Positions 1 to 7,722 of a stretch of 41,043 nucleotides of DNA are shown here, piece after piece. Numbering within the stretch: position 1 is the first letter of the stretch; each line of letters begins with the position of its first letter. Source of the DNA: a candidate division WOR-3 bacterium (GTDB taxonomy: Bacteria; Hydrothermota; Tepidihabitantia; SM23-42; JAOAFX01). Where the stretch lies: contig JBBILZ010000020.1 of assembly GCA_037444665.1 (NCBI GenBank), positions 1-41,043 of the forward strand, read 5' to 3'. The notes below the pieces were generated by a model that searched no databases, was not told the DNA's origin, and saw only the letters and a program-made list of their open reading frames with translations. The position numbers were made by a program, and so were the translations under genes.

Positions 1-844
1 CAAAAGGATAATCACCATACAATGAATCAAAGAGATACATTGCATCAGTTAAGTGCTGGAATGCAATTGTGGACTGGACAGAATCCTGCGGCCAGATAAA
101 ATGCTTTATCTCTATTGAATCACCATCCGGGTCATAATACCACTGTGACCATCGGGCAAAACGTGAAACACCGAAGTGCATAAGATATGTAGCAATTGGA
201 TTTGTTTCCTGGTATGTCCAGGTCTTTGTATCATTGGGATTATTAACCACACTTATGAGATTGCCATTTGCACAAACGACAAATGTATCCGGAGCAGTCA
301 CTTTTATTATGCAACCCTGGTCTGCTTTATCAAATGGTTCATCATAGCAGGGCATCCATCTCCTTGCATCCCAGGGCTCACCAAGGGTATAAGCGAGAGA
401 ATGGAGTGTATTGCTGTTATAGTTTTTGGGCCAATAGCAGAAACCTGTTTGACTACTGGTTACACTCCACGAACCATGGTAATGAACAAGGATATTGAAT
501 GAATCACCATTATTATATACCTGCGGAAGATTGATATGGAGTGTTTCATTCGCAGTAGAATAAGTAGCATTATTCCCATCTACTCTTATTGAATCAATGA
601 TTAATGTATAACTGTGTAATGTTGCCACATTCAAGCCATTGGTGTTGCTTTTACATTTGATTAAGTTTTTGCCGGAAACTGAGCGCGATGTCATTGGTAC
701 ACTGACATCAAGTTCATATTTTAACACATCAAATGAGTGGAGTGATTCTGCACGCGCCGGAAAGAAATCATATCGCGGATAATAATACTTTGCCTCAGTA
801 AAATCAGAACTCCACTGGAAAATTATAATCAAAAAAATCAGCAT
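1..844 (-). CDS. M1 family aminopeptidase, N-terminal part (runs off the window edge)
   Basis: Manual translation from the ATG at 844 (RBS GGAGG upstream): MLIFLIIIFQWSSDF...FDVLKYELDV...YTLGEPWDARRWMPCYDEPFDKA...VVCANGNL...PIATYLMHFGV...YGDYPF. These are typical M1 N-domain motifs. The frame is open to the edge; the HExxH motif would lie outside the window. Confidence 0.85.
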   Translation of the reverse strand, partial: MLIFLIIIFQWSSDFTEAKYYYPRYDFFPARAESLHSFDVLKYELDVSVPMTSRSVSGKNLIKCKSNTNGLNVATLHSYTLIIDSIRVDGNNATYSTANETLHINLPQVYNNGDSFNILVHYHGSWSVTSSQTGFCYWPKNYNSNTLHSLAYTLGEPWDARRWMPCYDEPFDKADQGCIIKVTAPDTFVVCANGNLISVVNNPNDTKTWTYQETNPIATYLMHFGVSRFARWSQWYYDPDGDSIEIKHFIWPQDSVQSTIAFQHLTDAMYLFDSLYGDYPF

Positions 845-867
845 AGATACCTCCTATATTAAAATTT

Positions 868-2325
868 TTATTTCCAGAAACCAAAGAGATAACCGAGCGC
901 CCTGAGAATGATATAAGTATGGAGTGCAGTCCCTATTCCAAGAATAATCGTCCAGATAAGATGGGGCCTTACTTTATCAATTATCTTATGTCTATAAAAC
1001 ACAAATGTGCTGATAAATGTCGCAACCATTGAAAAGAGCAGGGAAATAAAAGAAAGCATTGCTGCAGTAGTAACATAGGCAAAGGGATTTGCACCTTTTA
1101 CAAAGTACTGGATACCAATCAAAACAAATGAAATAGCAAGGTATATAATCCACCATAAAAAATAGACACCTTTAATATCATTCTTAAAATATCTTCTCAA
1201 TCGTGTTGAAATATTCCAGGTAATATCACTATTCTGCCTTACCAGTGCCTCAGCAGTCGTCATCTGGGTATTGAAGAATAGAAGCCATGCCATAAGCAAA
1301 AATAATGAAAGTCCAAACTTGCCCAGTGGAACTGCAAAGAATTGTGCCTGATGTTTTACCACATCAAAACCTTTTGGAACAAGACCCGCTGGCCGCAAAA
1401 TTGAATCAGAGAGTCCAACAAAGATAAAGATTGTAAAGAGGCTGCCAATAAAGTATCCAATCCACAGCACAAAGTGTGAACGTCTTATCCAGGTCTTTAA
1501 CCTATCAATATTTGAACCATTCTTTTCCGGAATAAAACCAATACTGACTGGATTTGCGGATTTTCCAAACCAGCCAGGGATTGCCTCAATATGCCGTGCC
1601 ATGCCCCAGCCTGCATCCCGCATCCAGTATGTATACCAGATTAATGTTGGTCCAGCACCGACCCAGGCGAGTGTTGAACCCAATACCCACCAGTCCATCT
1701 CTTTGGGAATATTCCAGATAATGAGGCTTGAGAACATTCTCGCCAGAGAGTCCCATTTTATTGCAAGGACTGCAGCAATAATTAAAATTATCCAGGCGAT
1801 GATTGTTGACCAGGTTGCAATATGTTCAATGTATTTTCGTGCTATCTTTGAAAAAAAAGCAATGCCAAACACAATAAAGAATGTGATGTATGCCCAGAAT
1901 ACAGTTCCAGTTTTTATATCTAATGGCCAGTTCAATAACTCTCTCAATGCTGATGCAGCAGATGTTGCCCAGGCAGGTAGCATAAATGCCAGAAACATAA
2001 AAAGACTGATTGAAATTAATGCACCTGCAAAAGATAGTATCCTTGCATTGCCCTGGGCTGCGTGTTCACCAGAGACCACGGTCCAGCGGGCAAGTTCTTG
2101 TGCCCAGGCAGTCTGGAAAAATAGTGTCAGGACCATCAATCCGAGCCAGCCCACACCAAAACGGGATGTGAGATGGGGATACAAAATTACCTCACTTGTG
2201 CCGAGCCCCAGTGCGACAGTCATCATTACCGGACCAATCCAGAGCATAAAATCTCTTCTGGATGGTGGTTGGGGAACCTCATCCCTGGTCTGGATATCCA
2301 AACAACCAAGTTTGAATCTATCCAT
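868..2325 (-). CDS. NRAMP/APC-superfamily membrane transporter
   Basis: 485 aa with about 11-12 hydrophobic segments. N-terminal IGPVMMTVALGLGTSEVILYP...QELARWTVVSGE resembles the NRAMP-related family. Confidence 0.75.
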   Translation of the reverse strand: MDRFKLGCLDIQTRDEVPQPPSRRDFMLWIGPVMMTVALGLGTSEVILYPHLTSRFGVGWLGLMVLTLFFQTAWAQELARWTVVSGEHAAQGNARILSFAGALISISLFMFLAFMLPAWATSAASALRELLNWPLDIKTGTVFWAYITFFIVFGIAFFSKIARKYIEHIATWSTIIAWIILIIAAVLAIKWDSLARMFSSLIIWNIPKEMDWWVLGSTLAWVGAGPTLIWYTYWMRDAGWGMARHIEAIPGWFGKSANPVSIGFIPEKNGSNIDRLKTWIRRSHFVLWIGYFIGSLFTIFIFVGLSDSILRPAGLVPKGFDVVKHQAQFFAVPLGKFGLSLFLLMAWLLFFNTQMTTAEALVRQNSDITWNISTRLRRYFKNDIKGVYFLWWIIYLAISFVLIGIQYFVKGANPFAYVTTAAMLSFISLLFSMVATFISTFVFYRHKIIDKVRPHLIWTIILGIGTALHTYIILRALGYLFGFWK

Positions 2326-2330
2326 ACCGA

Positions 2331-2358
2331 ATTATAACTAAATTTTTCAAAAAATCAA
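2331..2358 (-). promoter_or_regulatory. sigma70-like promoter TTGATT-N16-TATAAT, 5 nt before the ATG (probably leaderless)
   Basis: Minus strand reads TTGATT ttttgaaaaatttagt TATAAT tcggt ATG; no Shine-Dalgarno sequence. Confidence 0.65.
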
Positions 2359-2402
2359 TGGCGGTAGTTCAGTTTTCCAAAATTATTTTATCGCGCAACC
2401 CT

Positions 2403-2517
2403 TTGTAATGTTTTGCAGCTACACACAGGCATAGATTTTTAGCACTGAATTTTAAATTTAGTACTTTCCTGTCCTACAAACCACTAAACCCCTGCTTGTG
2501 TGTAGGTGCTGTTAACG
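2403..2517 (-). mobile_element. attC site (integron cassette recombination site) closing cassette 2; R' core degenerate
   Basis: Starts 10 nt after the stop of 2527..3678. Minus strand: R'' CGTTAAC, arm GCACCTACACACAAGCA ... TGCCTGTGTGTAGCTGC (15/17 inverted match), then AAAAC-ATTACAA where GTTRRRY is expected. Confidence 0.75.
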
Positions 2518-2526
2518 GTAGATTCC

Positions 2527-3678
2527 TTAGTATTTGCCATCATTAAAATTGTCATTAATTAGCTTCATAAACTGTTTTGCTCTTTCTTTAGCTTTACCAC
2601 TTTTTATGTCAAGCCAAAATTGTTTATTGTTGTCTATATTCTCATAAAAAAACTGCCACATAGCCCACCAAGCCGAAACATTAAATTTTTCTTTAATTTC
2701 ATTTTCAAGTAGACTTTCTATTTCATTTATTCTTGTTTTGTTATCATCCTTCTCAAATCTAGCTATTCCGTAAATAAGTCCACCCATTTCATAGTTAAAA
2801 CAAATTTTGTGTTTAGTCCATTTGCTTGGTTTTAGCTTTAGCCCTTCAACTTCCAGTTCAAGTTCATGTCCAATTTCTTGAATTTGTTGCTCAAACTTTT
2901 GTTTTAATTGTCTTTTTACTTCTTTTAACGAATCGACAACTAAAATTGCGATTTCCAAATTTTTGGAACTTTCATTAATCAAATCAGTTACAACCTGTTG
3001 GGTGTTTATGTTGTTTTCTCCCATATACATCCTCCTAAGTGTTTTTTCAAAATCTTTTAAAAACGATTTTACTCTGAAGTTTTGTGTTAAATTACCAAAT
3101 TCATTGAGGCAATTAATCATATTATCTTCATAAGTTAGAAATTTCAGTTTTTTGTCATTGACGTAATTTTCTCTCTCTTCAGGGCTAATGCTGTCATTTG
3201 AAATTATTTTGTCCTGGGGGCTTAAATAAATCAAACAGAAATTATCTTTTGTTTTTTTGGCTAAAAAATCTAAATAATCTTTAAGCTGATTATCCTGGTC
3301 TGGTGTCTCAATGTATATTTTATTCTCAATTGCAATAGCTTGCTCAAAATTATTTTTGATAATAACTATATCAATCCTTCTACCATTATCAGTTGTTAGC
3401 TCACATTGAACATCAATCTTGTCATTCTCATCAAAGGAGAAGTTTAAATCAAATTTTTTCAAAAAATGCTTTAAGTATATATCCCCATGTTCGTGCCTTT
3501 CATTCGGGTTTAGAAAAAATGCCAAGATTTCGGACACTTTGTTTTCATCGATCCACCAAAAATCAAAAGAATTAAAGTTAGGGGCTATTTCTTTCCCATA
3601 GTAATTTCTGACTTGGTCAATTAATTTTAACTTGGTTTCAGTTAATGAGAAAAAATTTTTAATTTCTAATTCTGTCAT
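2527..3678 (-). CDS. PD-(D/E)XK nuclease family protein (PDDEXK_4-like), integron gene cassette
   Basis: ENKVSEILAFFLNPNERHEHGDIYLKHFL, RRIDIVI, IAIENKIY and DQDNQLKDY motifs; very AT-rich; bounded by attC sites. Confidence 0.85.
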   Translation of the reverse strand: MTELEIKNFFSLTETKLKLIDQVRNYYGKEIAPNFNSFDFWWIDENKVSEILAFFLNPNERHEHGDIYLKHFLKKFDLNFSFDENDKIDVQCELTTDNGRRIDIVIIKNNFEQAIAIENKIYIETPDQDNQLKDYLDFLAKKTKDNFCLIYLSPQDKIISNDSISPEERENYVNDKKLKFLTYEDNMINCLNEFGNLTQNFRVKSFLKDFEKTLRRMYMGENNINTQQVVTDLINESSKNLEIAILVVDSLKEVKRQLKQKFEQQIQEIGHELELEVEGLKLKPSKWTKHKICFNYEMGGLIYGIARFEKDDNKTRINEIESLLENEIKEKFNVSAWWAMWQFFYENIDNNKQFWLDIKSGKAKERAKQFMKLINDNFNDGKY

Positions 3679-3701
3679 TTTCGCGGTTTTATTAAACTTA
3701 C

Positions 3702-3792
3702 CGCTAACTCGTTCTGCGGATAAAAGAAGTTCCGCCGAAGACGGAATTTGGGTGAGTGCGGTTAGGCACGAACCTTTTACGCTGTGTTAGGC
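3702..3792 (-). mobile_element. attC site between cassette 1 and cassette 2
   Basis: Minus strand: R'' GCCTAAC, GCGTAAAAG ... inner hairpin TTCCGTCTTCGGCGGAA ... CTTTTATCCGC, R' GTTAGCG. 91 bp, starting 16 nt after the stop of the upstream gene. Confidence 0.85.
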
Positions 3793-3807
3793 GAAGGCGC
3801 ATATTTG

Positions 3808-4896
3808 TCATTTCAATTTCTCCAATTTTGGCTGGAGTAATTTGTAAAGTATTTCCATCTTCTCTATAGCCCATTTTTTCAGTTCATCAGTCATTTGCCC
3901 TTCGTTTTTTTTAATATATAGTCTTGCCCAAGTTTTGCCCCAGTCTTCTTGTATGATAACTTTTTCACCAGTTTCTTTTTCAATCTCATTCTTTGATTTT
4001 TTCATTTTTTTTATTAATTTTCTATTAGCATATTTATTTCCTTTCTCAAAATGTAATTCCACTCCAAAACCATTTCTGGGACGCCCATGAAATAACCACT
4101 CAAAATGAACTCCGTTTATCGCCGTAGGAATTTGATAGTATGAGATGGGTTTTGGTTCATGTAAAGAGATAGGAATCTTTTCTTTAATGCCGTTAACTAA
4201 TTCACGATAGAAATTCAAATATTCTTCTTGCGTGCGTGTTAAATTCTTCTCGATGCTTTCTTTCATCTCAGATTTTATGATGTACTCTTCAGCTTCAGGT
4301 AAAGGAATTATAGTGGAGGATACAAGTCCGATTCTCTCATCATCAATTTTGTAGGGCATCAATTTGATACAAGATATGTTAACACCAAACTTTCTTAACC
4401 ATAAAACTGCCGTGGTAACCTCCGGCCTAAATTCTTTTGCCACGAGCATAATCCTTGGCTTATCATCAAATTCCTCGAAATCATCGTTATCAATAAAGTT
4501 AAACAACTCTTTTCTGATTTCCTCGTCCGATTGTTCTTTACCGTTCTTAGCAATAAAATCTTTTCTGAGGGACACCACGATGTCTGTAGTCAATGTTGAG
4601 CAATATGCAGCGTATTTTATTGCTTGAAGTTCGATGCTCTTTCCACTTTCTTCTCGTTTCAATTCTACGATTACCAATTTCCCATTCTTATCAATCGCCA
4701 GTAGGTCAAGTCTCTCTTTTGTTTTATCAAATTTATCGTATTCTGTTGTTATTATGAGTAACTCCTCCCCTAGGATCTCAGGAAAATTTATCACCCACTT
4801 TTCGATATCCCTCCTCTCCATAACTTCATGAGTTCTAAAATCTGTTTCCTCGCTGGCTAAAAATTTCTTATTTTTCTTGTCATATATATATAACAT
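3808..4896 (-). CDS. NucS/EndoMS-like PD-(D/E)XK endonuclease domain fused to a C-terminal DUF4268-like domain, integron gene cassette
   Basis: ERRDIEKWV...ILGEELLII...RLDLLAIDKNGKLVIVELKR...QAIKYAAY; C-terminal QEEYLNFY...GVELHF...IQEDWGKTWARL. Start moved to ATG 4896 because GGAGG lies upstream of it. Confidence 0.8.
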   Translation of the reverse strand: MLYIYDKKNKKFLASEETDFRTHEVMERRDIEKWVINFPEILGEELLIITTEYDKFDKTKERLDLLAIDKNGKLVIVELKREESGKSIELQAIKYAAYCSTLTTDIVVSLRKDFIAKNGKEQSDEEIRKELFNFIDNDDFEEFDDKPRIMLVAKEFRPEVTTAVLWLRKFGVNISCIKLMPYKIDDERIGLVSSTIIPLPEAEEYIIKSEMKESIEKNLTRTQEEYLNFYRELVNGIKEKIPISLHEPKPISYYQIPTAINGVHFEWLFHGRPRNGFGVELHFEKGNKYANRKLIKKMKKSKNEIEKETGEKVIIQEDWGKTWARLYIKKNEGQMTDELKKWAIEKMEILYKLLQPKLEKLK

Positions 4897-5002
4897 AACC
4901 TTTATCCTCCATTGCGCCATCACCCAATTCGTTTATAGACGAATTAATTCGCTTTTTACGCCAAAATTTGGATGATAGACGAACTGTTCGTCTATTTTTC
5001 AT
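4880..5002 (-). CDS. putative 40-aa leader ORF crossing the attI-like site and overlapping the start of cassette 1
   Basis: RBS GAGGTG, then ATG 5002: MKNRRTVRLSSKFWRKKRINSSINELGDGAMEDKGYVIYI*. Lies immediately downstream of a consensus promoter. Confidence 0.4.
   Translation of the reverse strand: MKNRRTVRLSSKFWRKKRINSSINELGDGAMEDKGYVIYI
4913..4995 (-). mobile_element. attI-like site / proximal cassette junction
   Basis: Minus A|TTGGGTGATGGCGCA matches the reverse complement of the cassette's own R'' region (GTTAGGCGAAGGCGCA) at 12/16. It is preceded by palindromes AATTCGTTTATAGACGAATT (4926-4945) and ATAGACGAAC-T-GTTCGTCTAT (4975-4995). Confidence 0.6.
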
Positions 5003-5031
5003 ATGGATTCACCTCTTTCTCAACCATAATT

Positions 5032-5059
5032 ATTATATCAACAATCTAAAAAAAGTCAA
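5032..5059 (-). promoter_or_regulatory. sigma70-like promoter TTGACT-N16-TATAAT pointing into the cassette array (Pc-like)
   Basis: AGTCAA at 5054-5059 and ATTATA at 5032-5037 on the + strand. Confidence 0.75.
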
Positions 5060-5084
5060 GCAATTTTTGAAAATTTTTGAATAA

Positions 5085-5112
5085 TTGACTATTGGGTAAA
5101 AATAGATATACT
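5085..5112 (+). promoter_or_regulatory. sigma70-like promoter TTGACT-N16-TATACT towards tRNA-Arg
   Basis: Direct match to consensus; divergent from the cassette promoter. Confidence 0.6.
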
Positions 5113-5114
5113 TT

Positions 5115-5319
5115 AACAGATGGTTGTTGGTTTGTGGGTTGGGATGCTGGATACTTGATGCTGGATACTGGATACTTGATACTGGATAAAGGTGTGAATA
5201 TTCTGATGAGAAATTTTTTCTGGTAGAGTAAAGATTAAGGGTTAAGGGATGATGCGTGAGAACAGGTAACAAGGGGGATTAGAAACAGATGGTTATTCGT
5301 TTATAGGTTGGGACGCTGG
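5115..5319 (+). repeat. imperfect 36-bp direct repeat (5115-5150 and 5284-5319)
   Basis: aacagatggttgttggtttgtgggttgggatgctgg versus aacagatggttattcgtttataggttgggacgctgg, 31/36 identical. Confidence 0.8.
5141..5189 (+). repeat. 7-bp tandem repeat, 7 copies, consensus T(G/T)GAT(A/G)C
   Basis: gggatgc tggatac ttgatgc tggatac tggatac ttgatac tggataa. Confidence 0.9.
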
Positions 5320-5370
5320 TTATAACGAGCTTCGCAACCGTTCAACGATTAACGATCTTTTTCCCCCTTT

Positions 5371-5444
5371 GCGCCCGTAGTTCAATTGGATAGAACGGCG
5401 GACTCCGGCTCCGCAGGTTAGGTGTTCAAATCACCTCGGGCGCG
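5371..5444 (+). tRNA. tRNA-Arg (anticodon CCG), CCA not encoded
   Basis: Acceptor GCGCCCG/CGGGCGC, D-arm GTTC-AATTGGATA-GAAC, anticodon arm GCGGA-CT CCG GC-TCCGC, T-arm AGGTG-TTCAAAT-CACCT. Confidence 0.97.
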
Positions 5445-5466
5445 TTGTTCATAAAAAGGAGTCACA

Positions 5467-5985
5467 ATGGATTTTTATGAGGTCATAAAAAAGAGAAGGA
5501 GTGTCAGAAAATATAAACCTGACCCAATTCCTGATGATGTTTTAAAAAGAATCCTTGAAGCGGGTCGTATTGCACCTTCAGCAAAAAATATTCAGCCCTG
5601 GAAGTTTGTTGTGATTAAGAATCCAGAAAACAAAAAGCGCATTGCTGAAGCCTGCCGTGGGCAACACTGGGTTGCTGATGCAGATGTTATTGTATGTGGA
5701 TGTGCACTGGAAAAGATTGCCTGGGGTAGGATGGGTGGTTATATGAGTTCATTTGCTGTTGACCTGGCAATTGCAATGGACCACATCATTCTTGCTGCGG
5801 CAAATGAAGGTCTGGGAACTTGCTGGATTGGTGCCTTTGAAGAAAAAAAAGTAAAGGAACTTTTAAACATTCCTGAAGATGTGCGGGTTGTCGCATTGAC
5901 ACCAATCGGTTATCCAGCAGAAGAACCAAAAGACCGGGGAAGAAAGGATTTTAAAGAAATTTTTGTCTATGAGAAATATAGTTGA
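5467..5985 (+). CDS. nitroreductase family protein (FMN-dependent)
   Basis: IKKRRSVRKY, APSAKNIQPWKF, AANEGLGTCWIG, TPIGYP. Confidence 0.95.
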   Translation: MDFYEVIKKRRSVRKYKPDPIPDDVLKRILEAGRIAPSAKNIQPWKFVVIKNPENKKRIAEACRGQHWVADADVIVCGCALEKIAWGRMGGYMSSFAVDLAIAMDHIILAAANEGLGTCWIGAFEEKKVKELLNIPEDVRVVALTPIGYPAEEPKDRGRKDFKEIFVYEKYS

Positions 5986-5988
5986 TTT

Positions 5989-7035
5989 GTGAAGTGTAAA
6001 GAATGTAAAAAAGAATATATCCTATCAAAAACCCTGCCGTTTTGTCCTGAATGTATCCGCAAAAAATTTTCCGTGTTGCAGTCTGAAATACTAAATATCC
6101 ATAAGCAGACACGTATTGAATACAAAATGGTTCAGGACATTCCCCGGGATAAAAAAGGGCTTGCCTGTGGTCTTTGTGTAAATAATTGTGTTATTGGTAC
6201 GGATAATAGTGGCTATTGTGGGGTCAGAACAAATACCGGGGAAATAGTATCTGGTCCTGATGAAGACCTTGCTTATGTGGAATGGTATCATGACCCATTG
6301 CCTACAAACTGTGTAGCAGATTGGGTGTGTGAAGGTAGTAAAGATTATGGTTATAAAAATCTTGCGGTCTTCTATGAAGGATGCACATTCAATTGTCTGT
6401 TCTGTCAGAACTGGCAGTATCGCACAAGAAAGAATCGTGCTACAGTCCAGGAACTCGCATCAGCCGCAGACCCGTTGACAAAGTGTATTTGCTATTTTGG
6501 TGGCGACCCAACACCATTTGCATTACATTCTATTGCTACGGCACGAGAGGCCCTTGAGAGAAAACAACATAAACGATTTAGAATCTGCTGGGAGACAAAC
6601 GGTTCAGTCTCACCCGGAATAATGGAGGACTGGGTTGAACTCGCTTTAAAGTCTAATGGTTGTATAAAGATTGACTTTAAAACATTTTCCGAACCATTGA
6701 ATATTGCCTTATGTGGCGCCTCAAATAAAAATACGAAGATAAATATTGAACTTGTAGCAAAATATATGTTACAAAGAGAAAAACCACCACTTTTGATTGT
6801 AAGCACGCTCTTAATCCCTGGTTATATTGATGAGTATGAACTCACTGAGATGGCAAAGTTTCTGAGCAGAATAAATAAAGATATCCCCTGGTCGTTCTTA
6901 GGTTTTTATCCCCATTTCTATTTTGATGACCTGCCCCAGACTTCAAGGAAACAAGCAGAGATAGCACTAAAAATTGCTGAAGAATATGGCATGAAGAATA
7001 CGCACATCGGCAATGTTCATCTGTTAATAAGTTAA
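5989..7035 (+). CDS. radical SAM protein (PflA / AmmeMemoRadiSam-like) with Cys-rich N-terminal domains
   Basis: CTFNCLFC radical SAM motif, YFGGDP, WETNG; additional CKEC..CPEC and CGLCVNNC..C clusters; GTG start. Confidence 0.9.
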   Translation: MKCKECKKEYILSKTLPFCPECIRKKFSVLQSEILNIHKQTRIEYKMVQDIPRDKKGLACGLCVNNCVIGTDNSGYCGVRTNTGEIVSGPDEDLAYVEWYHDPLPTNCVADWVCEGSKDYGYKNLAVFYEGCTFNCLFCQNWQYRTRKNRATVQELASAADPLTKCICYFGGDPTPFALHSIATAREALERKQHKRFRICWETNGSVSPGIMEDWVELALKSNGCIKIDFKTFSEPLNIALCGASNKNTKINIELVAKYMLQREKPPLLIVSTLLIPGYIDEYELTEMAKFLSRINKDIPWSFLGFYPHFYFDDLPQTSRKQAEIALKIAEEYGMKNTHIGNVHLLIS

Positions 7036-7161
7036 ATTTACTGTTTTTATTTTACCCTTAATAATTACCGAATTCGTAAACCCTGCCATTTAAAAATTAA
7101 AAAATACATAACTCTTATCATTTTATCATTTTGACAATTGTAAAAATGACAAAACGAAGAT

Positions 7162-7722
7162 TTAGTAATTATTTTGTTCTAAGGGAACATAAACAAGTTT
7201 ATCCGGCTTGCGGAATCCCCTTTTCAATAAGATATCTCTTTCCTTCAGCAGGCAACTGCGGTTGTGCTTGATGGCGTCATCAAAATTACCTTTTAGCCAG
7301 GCATTCATACAAGCCATACTATTATCATAAAATGGATCGTCATAATTTGAAATTTGCAGATCAATTACAACATCTTTTTTTCGTTCATACATAGCACTAT
7401 TCAATTCTCCTTCAAATTCAATTTTTTGGTTAAGAAAATAGAATAATACGCTTCTTTCAAAATTAGTGTTGAATGCATAGAATGGTCTCTTTAGTTTAGG
7501 CAACAAGATTAAAATTTCTTTTTTTAATTCAGGGACTGAATCGTTATCTACCGCACATAATATTTTTATTCGGCGTTTATTTATTGTGCCAAAAATAAAG
7601 GGAATAATATTTTTACAACGGCGTGAATCACGATACTGATTAAAAAAATAACCATAAGTTTCAAGATCAATTATTGTACCCTTGAAATCCGATGTTATTT
7701 CTTCGGTATATACTTTAACCAT
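7162..7722 (-). CDS. RNase H-like / DEDD-type exonuclease-fold hypothetical protein
   Basis: IIDLETYG (ExoI-like DxE), YAFNTNFE (ExoII-like), KHNRSCLLKE (diverged ExoIII). Overlaps the upstream gene's stop by 8 bp. Confidence 0.55.
   Translation of the reverse strand: MVKVYTEEITSDFKGTIIDLETYGYFFNQYRDSRRCKNIIPFIFGTINKRRIKILCAVDNDSVPELKKEILILLPKLKRPFYAFNTNFERSVLFYFLNQKIEFEGELNSAMYERKKDVVIDLQISNYDDPFYDNSMACMNAWLKGNFDDAIKHNRSCLLKERDILLKRGFRKPDKLVYVPLEQNNY

Noticed and set aside
176..502. Plus-strand ORFs 176..502 and 268..498
   Set aside because: Antisense shadows of the M1 aminopeptidase frame, which has an RBS and family motifs.
868..2325. Transporter as a third integron cassette
   Set aside because: No attC after its stop, it has its own promoter and it abuts the aminopeptidase like an ordinary operon.
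1601..2341. 246-aa plus-strand ORF
   Set aside because: Antisense to the transporter; no RBS or recognisable motifs.
4897..4923. Extended GTG start given by the ORF track for the NucS-like gene
   Set aside because: It begins within the cassette junction, and a GGAGG RBS supports ATG 4896.
5033..5272. 79-aa minus-strand ORF with SSIQYPASSIQHP
   Set aside because: Translation artefact of the 7-bp tandem repeat; it overlaps promoters.
5115..5319. 36-bp repeats as a CRISPR array
   Set aside because: Only two imperfect copies 133 bp apart, non-palindromic, with no cas genes.
5371..5444. tRNA-Arg as attachment site of a prophage or genomic island
   Set aside because: I saw no duplicated tRNA 3' end and no integrase in the window, and the accessory DNA lies 5' of the tRNA.
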